From the NCBI RefSeq assembly GCF_001194135.2, contig NC_068984.1, forward strand, positions 121,305,541 to 121,368,539: a stretch of DNA of 62,999 bases, in the 5' to 3' direction. Source of the DNA: Octopus bimaculoides (taxonomy: Eukaryota). Made by a program: the position numbers and the translations under genes. The notes beneath the pieces were generated by a model. The model was given only the letters and a program-made list of their open reading frames with translations, had not been told where the DNA came from and made no database searches. Below, in pieces: positions 1 through 14,023 of this stretch (its first letter is position 1; each line of letters begins with the position of its first letter).

Positions 1-79
1 ATTTGCCACTTAAATGTGGCTGACACCTAAGGGTGGATGTTACTGTTGCTTTTAGCCCCAGGAGAACATCTCCTCCAGC

Positions 80-265
80 TGGCTATCGACACACATCTGT
101 GTCCTGTCTGTATTTGCAAAGGGAAGTTATCTTTCCCATCTTGATCTGCGATACGTACGGACTCGAGTTTCTGGGTATTTACCCAGAAACGTATCGCAGA
201 TCAAGATGGGAAAGATAACTTCCCTTTGCAAATACAGACAGGACACAGATGTGTGTCGATAGCCA
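80..265. repeat. Perfect fold-back inverted repeat, 77-bp arms
   Basis: 80-156 is the exact reverse complement of 189-265. There is an inner hairpin 167-177/180-190. Confidence 0.95.
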
Positions 266-269
266 CACA

Positions 270-860
270 AAGTTTGACAGCAATGAAATCGCCCCTCTCC
301 TCAATACAGTTGTAGCAACAGTGTTCATTTTTCGTCATTATTGAGATAATATTGATTGGAAATTGCTTTTCAAGTGGTATATTCAATGAAATAGGATTGT
401 TTGTTTATTTTTCACTAAATCCGTCATCACCCAGGACATAATTTCAGGAAATTAGGATCTGGATACTTTTAAGACAGATGGCCAATCAAAAATGATTGAT
501 GATTATCTATTGACCAATCAAAATTACTTTCCAAAAAATTCAATTTTCTCGTAAATCCCTGACAGCAAAATTCCAATTTAGAATATCGATCGTGATGTGT
601 AGAACATACATTTAACACAGCAATCATTGCATGTAATGTCAAATGGCAATATGCTTTACAAGTAAGATTTGATGAAGGAGTCCATAGGAACATTTGATGG
701 AGAAATCTTGGAGAAAGCAAATCTTCAGTTGTTGTTTGCGCTGAAGTCAGCTCTCATTAAGCAAAGCTATGATCAAAGCTATTCCAGTCGTAGACATCCC
801 GTATTTCTTGTAAGTCCATGACTATATCGTTCAGTATGTTATTTTCGTTTTGTGAGACTA
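270..860 (-). mobile_element. Highly degraded LINE reverse transcriptase remnant (CR1/L2-like)
   Basis: Minus-strand frames give STTGIALIIALL...ICFLQDFS...LHQILLVK, resembling the STTTAL...FLDFSKAFD..H.ILL.K region. Many stops. Confidence 0.25.
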
Positions 861-1249
861 TTAAATGCGTAGAGACCCCTTTCTGTGACTTATTATGCAA
901 GTCTTGATCTAGGTATCGACGAGTAGTAATTCAACTCATTGTAACTAATGCAGTGTTGCCTTTCTGAGGTTCACAAAACTAGTGATGGAGATCAGTGAAC
1001 CGCATTTCAAATTTTAAAGGGATACAGGGTGATTATTCAATCACATACAGTTATTCAGTGATAAATATTTTTTCAAATGATATGAACGTGTTGTTAATTA
1101 ATAAAATCGGTTATTTGCATAGACAGTCCTTTCAAGAGTGAGGAATTCGTGGGAAAATTCAATTAAAGGAAAGGTTTTCTTAAAAGAGAAAAAATTTGGG
1201 AATCGTTATTCTAATTAGAAAAAAAAACTAACAATAATATTATGATGAC

Positions 1250-3200
1250 TAACAAACTCAAGCAATGTTTCAGAATCAAATTTTACAAGAATTTCAGCAA
1301 ATCTCTTGTTAAACCCTGGAAATGTTTTGTTTGGCTTTTAATGAACATTCTTTAGCTTGAACACATGTCTTTGACTGATATGCGTGTTGCAATGTTCGTC
1401 AAGTGTCATTTTCACATGATACGCATTCAGGATGACTAATAACTAATAAAATACCTTTGGTATGTACAGAAGGATCAATTTTGCAATTTTTGTATGTAAT
1501 TTTGCAAGTAATTATGAGTATGTAGCGATTCCTGATACTTTTCTGGCGTCTAATTGAAGGAAAGATTTAGAATTATGCTCTACATTGAAGGTGCATATTT
1601 TGTGTTTTAGTCCTTGATTTTTTAATTGGCTTTTGGTGGCTAATTTTCATTTCCAAAAAGTTTTATAAGGAGTGTTGCTTGGAGCTCAAGTGTGTTGTTA
1701 ATTGAGATTGTTATTGTAACATTAGGCATGGTGCAGACTTTGTTGTTAATAATTACTGTGATATACTGTCTGTTTCGTGATTTATGCTACATACGAAGGA
1801 TTTATCTACTTTTTTCTTAGTTTATTTGTTTATTTTATCTTCTCAGTTCCTTGTTTTAATTGTTTGATGCAGAGTATATTTTTCGGTTGTTCATTATGCT
1901 TTTATCCAGTTACATTTTCCATCGTGTAATTAGGGTAGCATTTTTTACATTGCCCTGTGAGAAATGCTTATTGCACACTATGGTTATTGGATATTTTACT
2001 AAAGAGATCTTACTGCAGTATTTATTTTGCTGGGTGTGACACTGTTGACTTCTCTGAACCCTGATTATTTCTTAAAGTAACAATAGCGTTTTTTAGGTTT
2101 TTGAAAGCGTTTATATTTTGTTCCCTGATATGTGAGCAGGTTATTATGAACGTGGTGTCTCGATGTGTGGAGACACCACACCACACTAATATCTAGCAAG
2201 GATTTTGGGTAGGCTTGGTATAATATATTCGTCTGTTAATGTTAGTTGTTTAGCCTATAAATAGCATTCATTAATACTTTCTATTATAGGCACAAGGCCT
2301 GGAGTTTGTGGTGAGGGGACTAGTCGATTATATAGACTCCAGAATTTCACTGGTACTTAATTTGTCGACCCCGAAAGGATGAAAGGTAAAGTCGATCTCG
2401 GCGGAATTTGAACTCAGAACGTAGCGACGGCGAAATATCGGCGTGCTTACTATTCTACCAGCTCGCCGCCTTATAAACAGAATCTATTAATGACGCTGTT
2501 ATGTTACCCCTTGTGTTATTTGTATTATTTTTATACCGGGATGTGGTTTGTGTATAGTATAGTAGTTTTTCTCTCAGTTGGGAGAGTTTAAAGATGATAT
2601 AGTTAGGGCAGTCGGTAAAGCCGGCAGTTGTTTATATATGTTTATAAATTTTTATATGTTTACATTATTTTGAATGCGTTTTTACTGTATTGCTGTGTCC
2701 TATTTATAATCGAGTGCTACTCGTTGTGTTTATGCACAGTATTTGTAATTTTTCCTGTACAATCGCATCGTGAATATTATGCGTGAGGAGGGAAATGTTT
2801 GGTTCCATATAGGTGTCTCTTACATTGCAATTTATGTTATCTTTACGTAGTTTGATTTTCTGTAAGTGTTGTAGATTCTTTAATGTACTTGGACGAAGCT
2901 GTGCCGTTGAGAAGGAAGATAATAATCATATCGATGTTGTGCTGTTGTTACAGTTTGTGAAATGTGATCTATTTATTTGAAGTGCTATCTGGTTGTATTA
3001 ATGTATCATGTTCAAAACAGTTTTAATGATTTTAACGTCTATTCCAAATAAACTCACCGCTTTTGTTTCCTATCTACGAGTGGTCTTCGATTGTTCTGTA
3101 TGTCGAATTTTTATTGTTCAACACGCATTGTTGTAGCTTTCTGCTTTGTTCTGTCATTTTATCATTCTAGACTAATTTATCTAATATATTCATTCATTTT
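1250..3200 (-). mobile_element. Degraded Penelope-like element (RT to GIY-YIG C-terminus), interrupted by a SINE
   Basis: Minus-strand peptides SLFGIDVK, RLYRKNYKYCA and KTCVQAKRMFI..FNKRFAEI resemble PLE motifs in the expected order. Heavily decayed. Confidence 0.4.
2274..2472 (-). mobile_element. tRNA-derived SINE, family A
   Basis: Reverse complement reads AAGGCGGCGAGCTGGTAGAAT...GAGTTCAAATTCC (A/B boxes)...GGCCTTGTGCCTATAATAGAAAG. More than 15 related copies occur in the window. Confidence 0.85.
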
Positions 3201-3229
3201 ACAATTGATAGGAGGAATTTCAATGGGAT

Positions 3230-3730
3230 GTTGCTGCTATTTCTAGCAGGTTTAGTGACTGCATGATAGAGCCTTCGTTGTCAGACGTATAGTATATTCA
3301 AGATTTTGTGAACAGATAGTGCTACTTTCAGATCTGTGTCTTGAGAAATCAGCACAGAACTTTCCCAAATGCCATCCAGGAGACTCAATGTTGTCACTGA
3401 ATACGAATTATAATAATTCGGGATTCCTAAGACAGCATGTCCTAGTTTATCAGTAAATTTCCATATGCACATACTCCTCTATCAACTAGAATAGCTTCCA
3501 TAATGCAGGACAGTAATATTTACTTCAAGTGTGAGCCACCCCAAGACTCGAGCTCATTAGCTGAAAGTAATGAAACATTCATCAATTATACAGTCTTCCC
3601 AATTGTTGTAGTCTCCTATAATATGTATTTACAGCTAGATGGAGTGGGCCATTGTGAATTAGTTAAGTGGCTCAGAAAAGCATCTGATGACGGGATATAG
3701 TATCTGTCAATATTTCTGCAATTAGAGCAG
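3230..3730 (-). mobile_element. Degraded L1/Tx1-like LINE ORF2 fragment
   Basis: KLGHAVLGIPNYYNSY resembles the post-RT GGLG.PN..Y motif of L1/Tx1. Many stops. Confidence 0.3.
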
Positions 3731-4539
3731 TACCTCATCGTCATATAAACATATTCAAAATGATGTCGGCATATAATTATGGCGAAAATGTGGCGAAATA
3801 GAAATTATCGAATGAAAACTGTGATAATTATTAAGAGCTCTTAATATCAGGAGTGATATTATTGTGCTGATTTGACAAATTAGAAACTCTAGTGCCGATA
3901 TTTACAAGTTATTAATGGAAGATTAATTAAGCGATATTTAATCATATCTATTTCTTCTGAAATGCAGTGAAGAGGACCGAAGCAATAGAATATCTTCTTT
4001 CTCTCTCTTTTTCTCTCCCTCTTGTTGATTTGCGCCGAACGCAATGTATTTCAAAGCTAACAATATCTGGAGTCAGTGGTCCTTACATGAATAATATGGT
4101 CATTGTGGTCTGTACTCTCAACATCCCTTAAAGTACAAGTAGCACTAAGAAGATTCATTTAGGATTCTCAAATATAATCTCATGATTAAAGAAACTTAAC
4201 CAATCGCTTAAATCGATTCCAGTACTTGACTGGTTCTTTATTCTATCAACCCTGGAAGAACGCATGCCTAAGTGGATCTCAGCGATATTTTAACTGAGAA
4301 TGAACTAAGAACAAATAATGCGAGGCATTTTACAGGCGCTCTTCCAATTCTGCTAATCCAAAGTTTACAGCAGAAAGCTGTAGTTAAATGTATAGCGGCA
4401 TTCGGTTCTTCTCCTCCAGGTTCGTTATCACGTAAGCTCCTTAGGGAATTCATATGTTGATTTGTTTCCAAACATTAGTAACATCCATTTACGTTGTTAC
4501 TGCTACTGTAGTTGTCGATGTTGTCTTTTGCTGCTGTTT

Positions 4540-4690
4540 AGATCTCAGTCGTTTCTAGTCTAGCCACATTCAAGCCATGACTCTCCTATCAGTCTTTTTG
4601 TCTCTGACTACATTATCAAATATGTCATACATTTTAAAGACTGTGGTGTGTGGTCTGAGGGAGATTTGGCTGGTATTTCTAGAAGGTTTG
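4540..4690 (-). repeat. Dispersed repeat family (CTAGAAAT..CAGCCAAATCTCCCTCA..CACA core); other copies near 5925-6040 (+) and 17330-17430 (+)
   Basis: Shared core visible in three places. Class not determined. Confidence 0.5.
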
Positions 4691-4915
4691 AATGTTCATT
4701 TATAGAAAATACTTACTTTTCAAAAATTGTCCATATGTGTATCCATTATTATATAACAAACATTGGTGTAAATAACGAAGAAGTTCTAAGAAATAAAGTA
4801 TTTTACAAAAGACAGTTTCAAGAGAATTCTGCAGAGTATATAACAGTAAATGTCTCCAGTGTCTGTTTTTCTTTTGTTTCAAATTGTTTATATCTCTCAA
4901 CTCCAATTCTTTCAC

Positions 4916-4927
4916 ACACACACACCC

Positions 4928-4970
<43 letters not shown>

Positions 4971-5020
4971 GCTCTCTCTCTCGCTCTCTCTCTCGCGCTC
5001 TCTCTCTCCCTCTCTCTCTA
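4916..5020. repeat. (CA)n(CT)n microsatellite
   Basis: Direct inspection. Confidence 0.95.
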
Positions 5021-7021
5021 TCTTTGTGTCTTTCTCCCGCTTTTTCATTTCACTTTGAAAATTTTAGATAATTATATCATTAAACAACATTTACTTTTTG
5101 CACAACACTGCGTATATCCGCAGAAGTGAAATTAATTCAAATAAAACAGAGCCTTAGTGTGAATGAAATAAGAATGTAAACATAGTCCTTTTATGCTGCT
5201 GGTGGCAAAGAGTGGGATGCTTTAACTGGAGGAGGATACCGAATACTTCTTCTCTGAGGAGCGACCAGCAAACCATGAAATGATGCATCAGGAGTCACCC
5301 TCTCGTTTTTCCGCGCATCAATAGTATAGAAAGAATGTTTGCATTTTTATCTCAACTACAGTGAAAATTTGTATTATTAAAAATTATATAATTGTATTTA
5401 AAAATGATTGAATTGTTAGATCATCAGAAAAATGACTTACTGCGGTGTCTACTTACAGTAACATTCCACCGTCGTTGATTTTTTTTCTTTCATCCTTATG
5501 AAGTAGACAGACAAGATAAGTACTCGAGTACTAGAGTTGATTTAATCAAATTTTTCTCTCACCTAAATGTGTGGCCTTGCGCTTTTGTTAGAACTCAATA
5601 TTTACACACTTTCTATAGTCACTTTTTCTTCAGTCTATTAATATCTATGCGTTTATTAAGTTATGGTATGTCATGATAGAGAAATCTGCAGAATAAGAAG
5701 TAACTTCTCACCAAGCTGAAAATACGAATCAATTCTATTTCCTGGTTGAAGACATCTATTTTTTTTCTTTTAGCTTATTCACGTCGTTAACGAGTATATG
5801 ATGTACGAGTATCACAACATTCCATCACTCCTAGTTTACCATTATCACCACCACCACCACCACCACCACCACCACCACCACTACCACCATCACTAGCATA
5901 ATTACTGTTATCTCCGCCATAGAGCTAACCAGGGTGCCCCTACGTAGTTACGCGGTCAGCTAGAAATAACAGCTAAGTTACAAATCACATCCTGATTTTC
6001 TTTAGAAAAAGAAAGAAAACTTTGACAATATGGTCTTTGAGCATAATGCCTGGTCGATCAGGTGACTAAACAATAGCACTAACATGAACACTAATAACTA
6101 AAGAGCCTAGTCACAGAAAATCTATATGTTCTGTATTGGACTTATATAATTTTATTTATATATAATCTAATACAAGTTAAACCGAATGAAATCACGAACA
6201 CAAAATAACTATTGTTAAATTAGACATGTTGTAGCCAGAAGAAAGATAAATGAACCAGAAATCAAATGGCCGACTCATACAATTTAAATAATATCAATAC
6301 AACCACATTTAAACATCACTCATTTTTATTTCAAATGCTAGGGAAGTTATATCTTAGCTCACGCTTCTGCTCTATGTCTAATCGTGACTTCACCTTCTTG
6401 ACATTTCTATTTTCCTTTAATACGCTCTCCTCTCGTTTTCCCGTTAGCCTTTCTTTCTTTCGAAAGTGTTCTCTTTTCCATTTTTCACTTTCATCATGCT
6501 CTTTCAATTGTATATCGTGCATCCTTTTCTCTCTTTCATCTCTCCCTTCCCATCTCTTTTGCCCCTCCCTCTCTCTCCCTCAGTCTCAATCTATGCTGTC
6601 TCGTATTATCTTCAAATTGTACAGTCCTTTTAGATGCAGCTAATTTGACCGAAATTAAAATAGTACGAACTGTAGCGGAAAGTGCACAGGAATGCTTTAC
6701 TCACATGCAAAGGTTTATACTTCCAAATGCTCGCGGTATGAACACTTAAGACATTGGAATTTTCCCATGTGTTCATTTAATATCAACACCAAGTTTGTTA
6801 ATCCGATCCATTATTTGTCTAGTGTATGTTGATAGAAAACAGGTGGTTTTCTTTCTTTTTGTAAATGTTCCAGAGTTCAAAAACAACCATAAACTCAAAG
6901 AATTCAATTTATATCAATATACGTAGTTAAGTATTTGTAAATGTGTATACTGGTGAGATGTACTCGATTAAAGCTGATCAAGAGGTAAAGAACAACACTG
7001 ATAACTCTGAAGTTGCGCAAT

Positions 7022-7061
<40 letters not shown>

Positions 7062-7200
7062 CGCGCGTGTATGCGAGTATATATGTGTATATGTGTGCGT
7101 ATGTGTGTGTATATATGTGTATGTGTGTGTATGCAAATGTGTGTATTTATATGTGAATATGTGTTTACGTATGTCTGTATGTATATCTGTATGTATGTAT

Positions 7201-9354
7201 GTCTCTTCTATTTTTTAATCATTATAAACCTCCCACTGAAGAGGGAGCCGGTTTCCAACAAAGATACAAGGTTCCATCTTTGGAATGTAGTTAACAGACA
7301 AATTCACATTTGGAACTTGAGAAAAGTCTTGCATATTTTTACTGTTCCACTCACAGACTGCACTTGTAATGTACGAATCAGCCGGTCAATTTCTCTTTCT
7401 GAAAATCCCAGTTTATCCAGATTCTCCTTTAAGCATTTACTAACAAAACCTAGTGCTCCAGTTATGATTGGTAAGAATATGAATTCATAGTCTAGATATA
7501 GAAGCTGGAGGTTTCGAAGCAGTTGTCCATATATATCCTCTTTTTCTTTGATTTTCAAAGAGATATTTATATATGCAGGGCAGCTGACCTCTATGATGGT
7601 AGATACTTTTGCCCCTCTGTCCCAAACAACAATATCCGGCCTGTTACGCTTACATTTGACAGAAGTTTTGATGGGAATATTCCACCAGTATTCCTTGAGT
7701 TGATGTTTATGAATGTATTCCATAACAGAGGGATTTTTTCTGAGTTTATATCAGGACAGTCTTTTTTGCGGATGGTATTGTAAATTGTTTTAGCAACAAC
7801 ATCGTGCTGCATAAGGAGGTAGTACCGTGACGACATTTTAGGACAGCTGCTAATCAAATGCGTAATGTCTTCCACAGAAACATGACATAGCCTGCACATG
7901 CGGTTGCACCTTGGGATTACAAGAGTGTCACTGTCTCTTGTTCCCCAGGTACTTTGTGGCAATCTCTTGTTCCTGGATTGCAAACGCATAGCCTTCAAAG
8001 TGTGATATGATGTAGTGGCCTTGTGTCTAAGGGAGACTGAGCTTCGTGTAAATTCTACTCTTCTTCAAGCTTCCAGACAACATACCCATGCATGATCTTT
8101 CTTTTTTTGCCTAAGTGATACAATACAGCATTCGAAAGCACTGGTCTCAGGCCTCTACCACCTTCATTTCTTCTTAGGTAGAGCCTGTCAACATCACTGT
8201 TTTTGTGGAAGTTCCCAGTTGTTGTCAGGATTCTGTGGGTTTTAATATCTATGGAGTGGATTTCCTCTGCAGACCAATAAAGTATCCCAAATGTTGGGAT
8301 CAGCACTGGTACTGCAAATGCATTGTGGGTTATTGTATTGTTGTAAGAGCAGAGTTACGGCTGCCATATTTTCATAAGTCTGGTGTAATATTCTCGGGTC
8401 ACTCTTTCTTTATTCACAGTGCCTTCATATAATACATTTTCGTCTATGCCTAGGTACTTGTAACATTCTTTGTATGGAATGGGGGAGATAGAGAGACCGT
8501 TGATGCACAGGTTTTGAGTTTGAGGGACTGACTTTCCTCGTTCTATAACCAAATATGAACATTTCTTTTGGCCAAATTCCATGCCTATATCAGCTGAAAA
8601 TGCTATTATTAATTCCAGTTGTTTTTTGGTATTGCTAACACTTTTAGCATAAATCTTCAGATCGTCTACAAATAAATTATGAGTTACATTGATATTTCTG
8701 ACATTTGAAGATCCTAGCATATAATCATTTGTTTTCTGCGGTAGGAACGATAATGGATTCAGTGCCAAAATATAAAGAAGTACAGAAGACTATCTCCTTG
8801 GAATATTCCTTTTGTAACGCCTATAGTATTAGAAACAATTATTCTGTTTTCAGTTGTAAGGGTAAGAATAGTTGTTCATGTCTTTGTGAGTCTCTCTATT
8901 GCAGCAATTAAGGTAGTAGGTACCTTTACCAGATGTAGGCACTTCAACAGCTATGAATGAGGGATAGAGTCGAATATCTTCTTATAGTCAAGCCATACTA
9001 TCACAAAGGTTCTGCGTTGTTTTCTTACTTCAGACAGTACAGCTCTGTTTATTAAAAATTGTTCAGCACATCCCCACACTCCCTTCTTTCCACCAGTGTG
9101 TTCATCAGTCGCAATGTTGTTCGACTCACGGTGGTTCTAGAGGAATTGGTTGAAGCAACTTGTAGATCTTCTTGGAAGGGAGCTTTCTTAATGGTAAATA
9201 GCTTAAACTTCTGAGAACCACAAACAGCAGGCCTTCGATAACGGCAGCGGGTAGAGAAGATCACACATTCAAGACGATAAAATACTGCCAAATCCGCAGT
9301 TCCAGACGCACAGATGTAGTATAGGCAAGAGTAATCATTCTTCTCTAGTTCCCA
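7201..9354 (-). mobile_element. R4/Dong-like non-LTR retrotransposon (RT, CCHC, RLE endonuclease), 5'-truncated and frameshifted
   Basis: GGKKGVWGCAEQFLINRAVL, WLDYKKIFDSIPHS, GIFQGDS, LFVDDLKIY, CRLCHVSVEDITHLISSC, NRPDIVVWD...IEVSCP...KEK. The 3' end runs into (CATA)n. Confidence 0.92.
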
Positions 9355-9355
9355 G

Positions 9356-9397
<42 letters not shown>

Positions 9398-10033
9398 GGA
9401 AATAAGTATTGTTGTAGACAGATAAAGAATCAGAATAATTAAGAATAAATATTTGAAGAAAATTTAAGGCGAAAGGTAAAAGTAAAAGACATAATAAAGT
9501 ATTTGCTGACAACTACATTAGCACGTCATAAAAATACAGGATAGCAATGAAATAATAAAGATACATCGAGAATGGCATGTAACTTATATTACATTAGTAA
9601 AGACAAATTGGTCATGACGCTTGAATGGTGACACAGCATAAACGATCACAAATATAATGGCAAAATATAATGACACTTGTATGAAGCTAACTACATACAG
9701 GGACGCACAAAGGAGATGTGCGTGCGCGTGTTAGCATGAATAAGTGTCTATGTATATTTATACGTGTGTGTGTATGTATTTGTGTGTCTGATGAACATAT
9801 ATATATATTTNNNNNNNNNNNNNNNNNNNNNNNNNNNNNNNNNNNNNNNNNNNNNNNNNNNNNNNNNNNNNNNNNNNNNNNNNNNNNNNNNNNNNNNNNN
9901 NNNNNNNNNNNNNNNNNNNNNNNNNNNNNNNNNNNNNNNNNNNNNNNNNNNNNNNNNNNNNNNNNNNNNNNNNNNNNNNNNNNNNNNNNNNNNNNNNNNN
10001 NNNNNNNNNNNNNNNNNNNNNNNAGTTTATGTG

Positions 10034-10077
<44 letters not shown>

Positions 10078-10217
10078 TGTATGTGTGTGTTTGTGTGTGT
10101 AAGAATATCAATATCTCAATCTCTCTATATATGTATATATATGTATTATGTATGTATGTATGTATGAATGTATGTATGTATGTATGTATGTATGTATGTA
10201 TGTATGTATGTATGTAT

Positions 10218-10254
<37 letters not shown>

Positions 10255-10869
10255 CGTACTTATACAAGCGTTGTTTTACGAATAATACAGATGGAAAGGA
10301 GTATTCTTTCGGGAAAAATTGAATACCACCAATATATGAGCAGAAGTCTGATCCTTTAATACGTTGTCTATTGGGAAATCATCACAGTTTCGGCACCTAA
10401 CATAATATTCTTCAATCCACAAACATTGCAAGGATACAGACGAGCGCACGTAAGAAATGATCCAGAACGAAGGAGAAAAATGAGAAAAAAGTTATAGTAC
10501 AATAATAAATTTAAATCAGAAAGGTAAAAAGCGAAAGAAACAAAAGAAAATAACAGATTCTTAATAATAACAAGAGCACTCAGCGCAAACCTCTGCCAAG
10601 GTAACACCAATGTCCTCCCAATGATTAGCCGTATATGATTTTTAAAATGAGGATATATGAAATAAACTCGACTGCTCTCATAAACGAGAATACTAAAAAT
10701 GAACCCGACCGCTCTCAAAAATTAAGTAAAAAAAAAAAACGGAAAACTAATCCAGAATCCTTGTCCGGTACTGGATCGATCCCAAAATCTAATCAATTCG
10801 TGCCAGTGAAACTCTACATAGCGCCGAACGCTTACCGGCTGCTATTTCTAGCAATGATCATACTTCATG

Positions 10870-10924
<55 letters not shown>

Positions 10925-11799
10925 AGTTGAAACGTTTAATTTCATAACGCCCAGTTTCAGATCCCTGATTCTCGAACGAAATTTGTGGCATGAAATAGAA
11001 AACTATTACTGGGAATATTCAACATGAAGAAAAAACAAAACAGCAATAAAATCTTTGAATTGATGCAAAGTATATATATTTAATATTAAGGGGTATAAAA
11101 TAAATAGATAAATTACACTAGCTATCCTAAAGTTAATTCAACTGTTAGAGAATATTAAAGGAAGAAATATATGATATGAGAGGCAAGAACAAGTTGATGT
11201 CGAAGAGCAAATCACAGAGGAAAAGCAATCTTCCAAGTTTAAAGACTTTCAAACAGCAATTCATTCTTAAATTTGTATTGTGGAGCGTAAAAGAATGAAA
11301 TAGGGTTATAGTAAATAGGATGGAACAAAGGAAAGAAAGAAGCAGAAAAATATTACTGTATTTAATCACTCCCTGGATATTATTCATTGTTAAATACGTT
11401 AAAGGCTGTAAAGCATGGAAGGAAGGGAGAATCAAATGCCACCAATATTTTACAAGTGAAGCGTCCATTTTTCGTCATTGTCACTATCCCTCTCTATTCT
11501 CTACATCTTAATTTTACAATTTAGATGTCGATAACAAGTAAAATAATACTGATTCTTTATTACGAACCGACCTAGTTCTCATAAATTCTGTTCACGCATG
11601 AAAAGCCTTGTGCATATAAAGGGCACAATCTAACCCCATTTCGTATTTGACAGGGTAACCGCTGGTGAAATTAAAAAACCCTCTACCTGTATAATTATCG
11701 AAAATATGCAAAGCAGAGAAGGATGAGAGAAAGAAGCAAATGACACCAAATATCATACATAACATATATAACGTGAATGTACATTATGGATGTATATAT

Positions 11800-12060
11800 G
11801 CGTCTTCTATTTTTTAATTATTATGAATCTTCCACTGAGAAAGAAGCCGGTTTCCAACAAAGATACAAGGCTCCATCTTTGGGATGTAGTCAACAGAGAC
11901 AAATTTATATTTGGAACTTGAGAAAAGTCTTGCATATTTTTATTGTTCCACTCACAGATTGTACTTGTAATGTACGAATCCGCCGGTCGATCTCTTTCTG
12001 AAAATCCCAGTTCATCCAGATATTCCTCTGGAATAATTCATTTATATTACAAAGAATATG
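11800..12060 (-). mobile_element. Short 3' fragment of the same R4/Dong-like family
   Basis: Close nucleotide similarity to 7201-7430 (GGAACTTGAGAAAAGTCTTGCATATTTT...). Confidence 0.88.
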
Positions 12061-12089
12061 ACCCTAAAACACTGGCTTTTGATATTAAT

Positions 12090-13620
12090 GATTTTACATT
12101 GAGATTAATGTAGTCTGAATTGCATAGTTTCTTAGCATTCTGAAGCTGATATCCATTTTACTTTCCTTGCAAACATCAACTCCACTAGTGAGCTACCTGT
12201 TGGTGTATTCGGATTTGGTGTCACACGATACACTCTTAAGAATTGTTATAGAGCTACTTCATCCGTAACTTCCTTATTTGACTTTCTTAGGGCTCTCTTG
12301 AAGGTATTGACAAAGCTTTCTGCCTGTCCATTAGATCTGGGGTGGTATGGCGCTGTATTTATATGTTCTACCGCTAATGTTTCACATTTTTTTTAATTCG
12401 CTAGACACAAATTGCGTTCTGTTGTCAGACACTATCTTGTCTAGGATGCCAAATCTTGCAAACAATTCGTGTAAAAAGATTATCAGTTTTTTACACTTAC
12501 AAATTTCTGGCCATTTCGAGAAACTATCAACTGCCACTAAATAGTAACAACAATTTAAAGAACCAGCGAAATCGATGTGTAGTCTCGACCACGGAACATC
12601 TACTTTTGAACAATGTTTACCTCTTATCGTGGGTAATTTTTCATTTCGTTTTGGCTTACATACAGGTTTCCACTCTGTTTTACTGCAATTTTTTGTTTCA
12701 GTCCCTCAGCCGCATTCGAACCTTCGACTATATTTCGATTCAAAACACTTATGGGCATATTCCACAACTTGAATAGTTCCATCCACTTTGTGCCGAATAA
12801 ATTAAGAGAACTTTTTCGCACGTATATCTTTGCCTTTTTCGTTTGACCTCGAAATGTTACATTACATACGAATTCACCGAAAAAATATATTTTTCCCGTA
12901 ACACCGTGTGCTACCTTTTTCGATTTAATTAATTTCGGCTTACCGACTTATTCCCAATTTTTTTCATTTATAATGGTGATATCACTATCAGCGTCCAACT
13001 GCATTTTAACACTTATATTTCTGATTTTCACCTTCACAAACTTCCTCGTCGTTATATTACCAATTTTTTCCGATGACATAGTAGTTATTCTTTTTCCTTT
13101 GTTCTGATGTTTTGTCATCTTCGATCTACAGTGAGTCTTTATATGTACTATATTTCCATAACGAAAGCACACTGCTTTTTTTAAATGGACAATTTTTCCT
13201 CGGGTTTATACCTCCATATGCAAAACATAGGTTTATTTCTTGATTTTTGTCGTGGTTTTTAGAAAACACTTTATCGCTATTCTGACTATTTCGCACTTGC
13301 TTTACTTGGAAACAATCTTTACGTTCAATTTCCCCTGTGTCGTGTCTTAATTTGACTATCCTTTCACATTCTTCTGACACTTGTAGGGTTACATCCTGGC
13401 TTTGTTCCAGCTTTGCGAGAATTCTAGTTCTAACTTCTGCGTCCTTTTCGGCAGTAAGTCCCTGTGTACAAATCATGCATTTGAACATATCTCGAGTTAA
13501 TTCGTCCAGCTTCAACTTCTTGCATTACCTGTTTACTCTACCAACGTATGTGAGGACTCATTAGACATAAGTAAAATTATATCTTTAAAAACGTGTTCCT
13601 TGTTACAACAGAAATTTTTC
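12090..13620 (-). mobile_element. Ty3/Gypsy (K02A2.6/Mag-like) remnant: gag, protease and integrase, with RT/RNase H apparently missing
   Basis: Gag LKLDELTRDMFKC plus two degenerate zinc knuckles; protease MQLDADSDITII; integrase WSRLHIDFAG, AVDSFSKWPE, IVSDN, TAPYHPRSNGQAESFVNTFK. Confidence 0.85.
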
Positions 13621-14023
13621 TTCTCATAATACTGCATCTGTCCAATGTAATGGACGTGTTTAGGAGACATCACGCCATTTTGAACTACAAATAATTTGGT
13701 TGCTAAGGTGTTGTCAAGTAACTATTTGTCAGTTGTCTATTATCCGCCTTAACCTTATTTTTTGGCACACGTGTTCTTGCTTTGTTTAAGTAGATTTCAG
13801 TAGTTATTCAATTCAACCCTTTAACAAAATTGATTGGACTCCGCAGACTGTATCCAAATTGTTCTGGCATCAAAATGACTCGATTTTGATGTAATTGTAA
13901 CAAAAATGAAACATCATTTCTCCAAAGCTTGAAGTGAAAAAGTTTTTAGAAAAATCCTTTTTCTTCATAATGAGGATATTAATTTATCTTATCGTGTTTG
14001 TTTTATACATTTTATATTTATAA

